DNA of 8,789 nucleotides from a virus (Duplodnaviria; Heunggongvirae; Uroviricota; Caudoviricetes): IMG/VR virus record IMGVR_UViG_2778261162_000002, positions 1 to 8,789 of that record; one strand, 5' to 3'. Shown piece by piece: positions 6,428 to 8,789 of this stretch (position 1 is its first letter; each line of letters starts with the position of its first letter). The notes under the pieces were generated by a model. It saw only the letters and a program-made list of their open reading frames with translations, ran no database searches and was not told where the DNA came from. The position numbers and the translations under genes were made by a program.

Positions 6428-8436
6428 TATCTCGGTCCTGCGGTGAGTTGCTGGGTTAACTGTGAGTTCACACCCTTTTGACGGTCAACAGTCAAACGGG
6501 CAGCCTCGCGCGGATCGGAAACGCCGTGGATGTTAATATTCGTTTCCTGCTGAATCACCGGGGCGCTGTTGGGCATATTGCTCATCACTTTCGGAATGTA
6601 GTTACGCGTTTCCTGCGGCATTAGCCCCATGCCATAACGCTTAACATTCCCGATCCCCCAGTTATATGATGCCAGTGCTTTGCTAAGGTCTCCGCCGTTC
6701 TGCCGCAACAGCTGGCTAAGGTACTTAGCGGCTGCCTTGGCGGCCTTCTCCGGGTCGAAAACATCGTTCCCACGCAACCCCATATCACGCGCCGTGCCGT
6801 CCATAAACTGAAACAGACCTTTAGCGCCAGCGCCTGAAACAGCGAACTGATTACCTCCCGATTCCGTGATGGCCACACTGCGCAGCAAACCTTCATGAAG
6901 CCGGTAGAGCTGTTCCAGGTTGGTAAGCATCGGCTGCATCCATCCCAGCAACTCAGAGCCCGCTTTGGTTGGCTGTGGCCGCTTGACTGACTGGCCGAGC
7001 TGTTCAGGTTCATCAGTACCAAACCAGCCGCGCACCGTTCGGCCCACGCTGCGAGGATCGAATCCCCAGTGCTCTTTAATCCAGTCGGCGGTACCGTTGG
7101 CGCTGTCAGTAACCATCGGCATCGCTGACGGATTTTCGCTGCCCTGATTGAGCATCTGTTTGCCAATGCTGGCGGCATCAGCCCAGCGGCCATCTTTAAT
7201 GGCGTTGAGCAGGTCGGCGATCATATTCAGCATTTTGCTGAACTCGCCCATCTGGTCGATGAAGTTGCTGAAATCCCACTTCAGGGACCATGATTTGGGG
7301 TCAATATTGAGCAGCTTCGCCAGAGCTTTCGCCAGTTCGTTAACGGTCGATTTAAGGTCACGAACCATCTTCAGCGCGGCGTCGACTTCCGGTTTCCACT
7401 TGCCCCAGTCGATAAGGCTGTCGCCGCCCTCCTTCCAGGTCTGATAGTCCTCCCACAGAAGAGCAATCCCCGCCGCCAGCGCGGTAATGAGGCCAATCGG
7501 CGACATCCAGAACGTACTGTTCAGAATGCGCAGCGCAATCGTCAGTGCGCCAAACAGCGAGATCAGCTCCCGGGTTTGCTTATCCAGCGATTGCCACCAG
7601 GTAATAAGGCTGGATGTCCCCTCAATAAGCCGGAAGAACAACCGCCCGATGATGTCCCCGAGCGCCAGAATGCCTTTTATGGCTTTCGTCAGGGTCTGCT
7701 CGATGCGCGGGAAATTATCCAGGATATGACGGCGCAGCGTGTCCAGCGAACCCGCCAGACCACCAGCAAGATTAGAGCCGATTTTGTCACGGGCCATGCC
7801 TGCCATCGCGCCGAACTCGCGCATAGAAGTCATGAACTTATTGGAGCTTCTGGCCGCCTCGTCAGCATTAAAGCCGATAGCCTTCGCCATTGCGCTGTAG
7901 TGCCCGGAGAAACCGCCCACACCCCGGCGCATCGCCATGAGGGTGTTTTCGTCAATCCCCAGCATCTGCGCATACTGGTTAGCCCGGTAGTACGGCATGC
8001 TGCTGAGCTTCTGGCCGACACCCGTAAAGATAGCGGCCATGTCACGCATGTTACCGCTGGCGTCACGGGTCTGTACGCCCAGGCGATTCAGGAAGCCTTC
8101 CGCGCCGGGATTGTTACGCACAAATCGGGAGAGGCTTTCCAGAGAAGATCGCGCAGCGTCCACACTGCCACCAACCTGCGAAACCGCATAGCCAATAGAC
8201 TGAATCCCCTGTACCGTCGCGCCGGTGCGCTGTGACGCCCAGTAGAGATTATCCAGACCGGAGGCGATCTTAGCCGTGAAGGCCACCACGGTAAGCGCGG
8301 CACCTTCGACGGCCAGCCCCATTTTGATAGCGTTTGCGGTCGTGCCGGCCAGGACTGAATCGAACTTTTCCGCGCCAGCTTCGTCGATATCGAAACCAAG
8401 CGAGACGAGGAAATCTTTAATAGTCTCAGCGTTCAT
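6427..8436 (-). CDS. Tail tape measure protein with C-terminal lytic transglycosylase (SLT) domain, 669 aa
   Basis: Long ORF with RBS GGAGAGAGG upstream of the ATG at 8436. N-terminal half is Ala/Gly/Met-rich and helical, typical of tape measure proteins, with a hydrophobic stretch (LISLFGALTIALRILNSTFWMSPIGLITALAAGIALLW). The C-terminal region carries family 1 lytic transglycosylase motifs: AITESGGN (catalytic Glu-Ser), GAKGLFQFMDGTA (GLMQ-type) and ASYNWGIGN (AYNxG-type). Confidence 0.85.
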   Translation of the reverse strand: MNAETIKDFLVSLGFDIDEAGAEKFDSVLAGTTANAIKMGLAVEGAALTVVAFTAKIASGLDNLYWASQRTGATVQGIQSIGYAVSQVGGSVDAARSSLESLSRFVRNNPGAEGFLNRLGVQTRDASGNMRDMAAIFTGVGQKLSSMPYYRANQYAQMLGIDENTLMAMRRGVGGFSGHYSAMAKAIGFNADEAARSSNKFMTSMREFGAMAGMARDKIGSNLAGGLAGSLDTLRRHILDNFPRIEQTLTKAIKGILALGDIIGRLFFRLIEGTSSLITWWQSLDKQTRELISLFGALTIALRILNSTFWMSPIGLITALAAGIALLWEDYQTWKEGGDSLIDWGKWKPEVDAALKMVRDLKSTVNELAKALAKLLNIDPKSWSLKWDFSNFIDQMGEFSKMLNMIADLLNAIKDGRWADAASIGKQMLNQGSENPSAMPMVTDSANGTADWIKEHWGFDPRSVGRTVRGWFGTDEPEQLGQSVKRPQPTKAGSELLGWMQPMLTNLEQLYRLHEGLLRSVAITESGGNQFAVSGAGAKGLFQFMDGTARDMGLRGNDVFDPEKAAKAAAKYLSQLLRQNGGDLSKALASYNWGIGNVKRYGMGLMPQETRNYIPKVMSNMPNSAPVIQQETNINIHGVSDPREAARLTVDRQKGVNSQLTQQLTAGPR

Positions 8437-8745
8437 TATCCTCTCTCCATTTCTCTATACGGCGCTGGTTGTCAGCCTTAACGGCCAGGTGGTCATTCAT
8501 CAGCGCGATATCGCACAGATCGATTGATCCATCCTTCAGCGCGTAATAAGGGATTAACCCGGCATCAACCGGGTCAAGGAGATAAGACAGCCCGTCTGGT
8601 AGGCTGTTGAGGGTCAACCCTGAAGCTGGCCCGGCGTCGGGCTGGTAGGGCTCACGGGCAAAAAATTTCCCAGCGAATCGGCGACCACCCGCGCCACCAG
8701 CTGCAGCATGGTTAGCAGGTCGATATCATCGAACGTAAGCGTCAA
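8426..8745 (-). CDS. Tail assembly chaperone pair produced by -1 programmed frameshift (lambda G/GT or P2 E/E' analogue); start codon uncertain
   Basis: The zero frame is open from a TAG at 8784-8782 to a TGA at 8616-8614, with candidate starts TTG 8745, ATG 8709 or GTG 8697 and no convincing RBS. The -1 frame is open for about 100 codons (from a stop at 8728-8726 to the TGA at 8428-8426, 8 nt inside the tape measure gene) yet has no ATG/GTG/TTG before the track's TTG at 8617. The two frames are bridged by the heptamer T-TTT-TTG. The track's 63-aa ORF 8426..8617 is therefore most likely the tail of the frameshift product, not an independent gene. Confidence 0.4.
8659..8665 (-). promoter_or_regulatory. 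Putative -1 ribosomal slippery heptamer T-TTT-TTG (P2 E/E' type), overlapping G-GGA-AAT (lambda G/GT-like)
   Basis: Minus strand reads GGGAAATTTTTTG (plus 8659-8671 caaaaaatttccc). TTT (8664-8662) and TTG (8661-8659) are zero-frame codons, in phase with the zero-frame TGA at 8616-8614. A -1 slip continues into the frame that ends at 8426. Confidence 0.45.
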
Positions 8746-8789
8746 CGGAGCACCGTATTGACGCTTATTTATTGGTGAGTACTACGTTC

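Larger units (their letters stand above)
1..8789. mobile_element. Phage/prophage tail-baseplate late-gene module (partial; both ends continue beyond the window)
   Basis: Eleven or twelve co-directional minus-strand ORFs with overlapping or abutting stop/start codons; recognisable tape measure, spike, baseplate J and tail fibre signatures; a G/GT- or E/E'-type frameshift site upstream of the tape measure gene. Confidence 0.8.

Noticed and set aside
6621-7193. Minus-strand 190-aa ORF in an alternative frame within the tape measure gene (likewise 640-915, 2348-2542, 6097-6360, 7830-8066, 8088-8399)
   Set aside because: These are out-of-frame overlaps with larger ORFs that carry real motifs (SLT domain, spike OB-fold). 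Arg/Cys/Trp-rich translations indicate non-coding frames.
7576-8235. Plus-strand ORF of 219 aa inside the tape measure gene (and other plus-strand ORFs at 432-755, 1324-1536, 1646-2053, 2648-3160, 4144-4374, 5048-5245, 5480-5788, 5847-6080, 6920-7444, 7487-7729, 7997-8191, 8276-8527)
   Set aside because: All are antisense to well-supported, tightly coupled minus-strand genes, have Arg/Pro/Ser/Ala-biased composition, and lack convincing RBS context. Long antisense ORFs are expected by chance in GC-rich DNA.
8426-8617. 63-aa ORF treated as a stand-alone gene
   Set aside because: Its start is a TTG with no RBS, and the frame is open for about 37 further codons upstream without any start codon. 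It is better explained as the C-terminal part of a -1 frameshift product.
1-8789. CRISPR arrays, tRNA/rRNA genes, IS elements, integrase or att sites
   Set aside because: No repeat-spacer periodicity, no cloverleaf-like or rRNA-like stretches, no transposase- or integrase-like ORFs and no terminal inverted repeats were seen. The window is almost entirely protein-coding on one strand.

Overview
Every gene I can support lies on the minus strand and together they form one tightly packed late operon: the tail/baseplate module of a tailed phage or prophage, read from high to low coordinates. The order is: a small tail-assembly chaperone with a P2-type TTTTTTG -1 frameshift site, a 669-aa tape measure protein with a C-terminal lytic transglycosylase (SLT) domain, two small tail proteins (200 and 101 aa), a 354-aa hub-like protein, then an AT-rich three-gene accessory cassette ending in its own intrinsic terminator, then a gpV/Mu gp45-like spike, a small wedge protein, a baseplate J-like protein, a gpI/DUF2313-like protein, and the first ~130 codons of a side tail fibre that runs off the window start. 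The accessory cassette (about 3265-4450) is the most interesting part: a signal-peptide periplasmic protein, a three-helix membrane protein with a TTG start, and a 70-aa basic protein, none with a motif I recognise. I propose it as a candidate uncharacterised prophage cargo system (superinfection exclusion, defence or toxin/immunity are all possible), without claiming a function. No rRNA, tRNA, CRISPR array, IS element or integrase is evident. All calls come from reading the sequence and the ORF track; no database search, GC calculation or structure prediction was run, so GC statements are by-eye impressions and family names are motif-based inferences.
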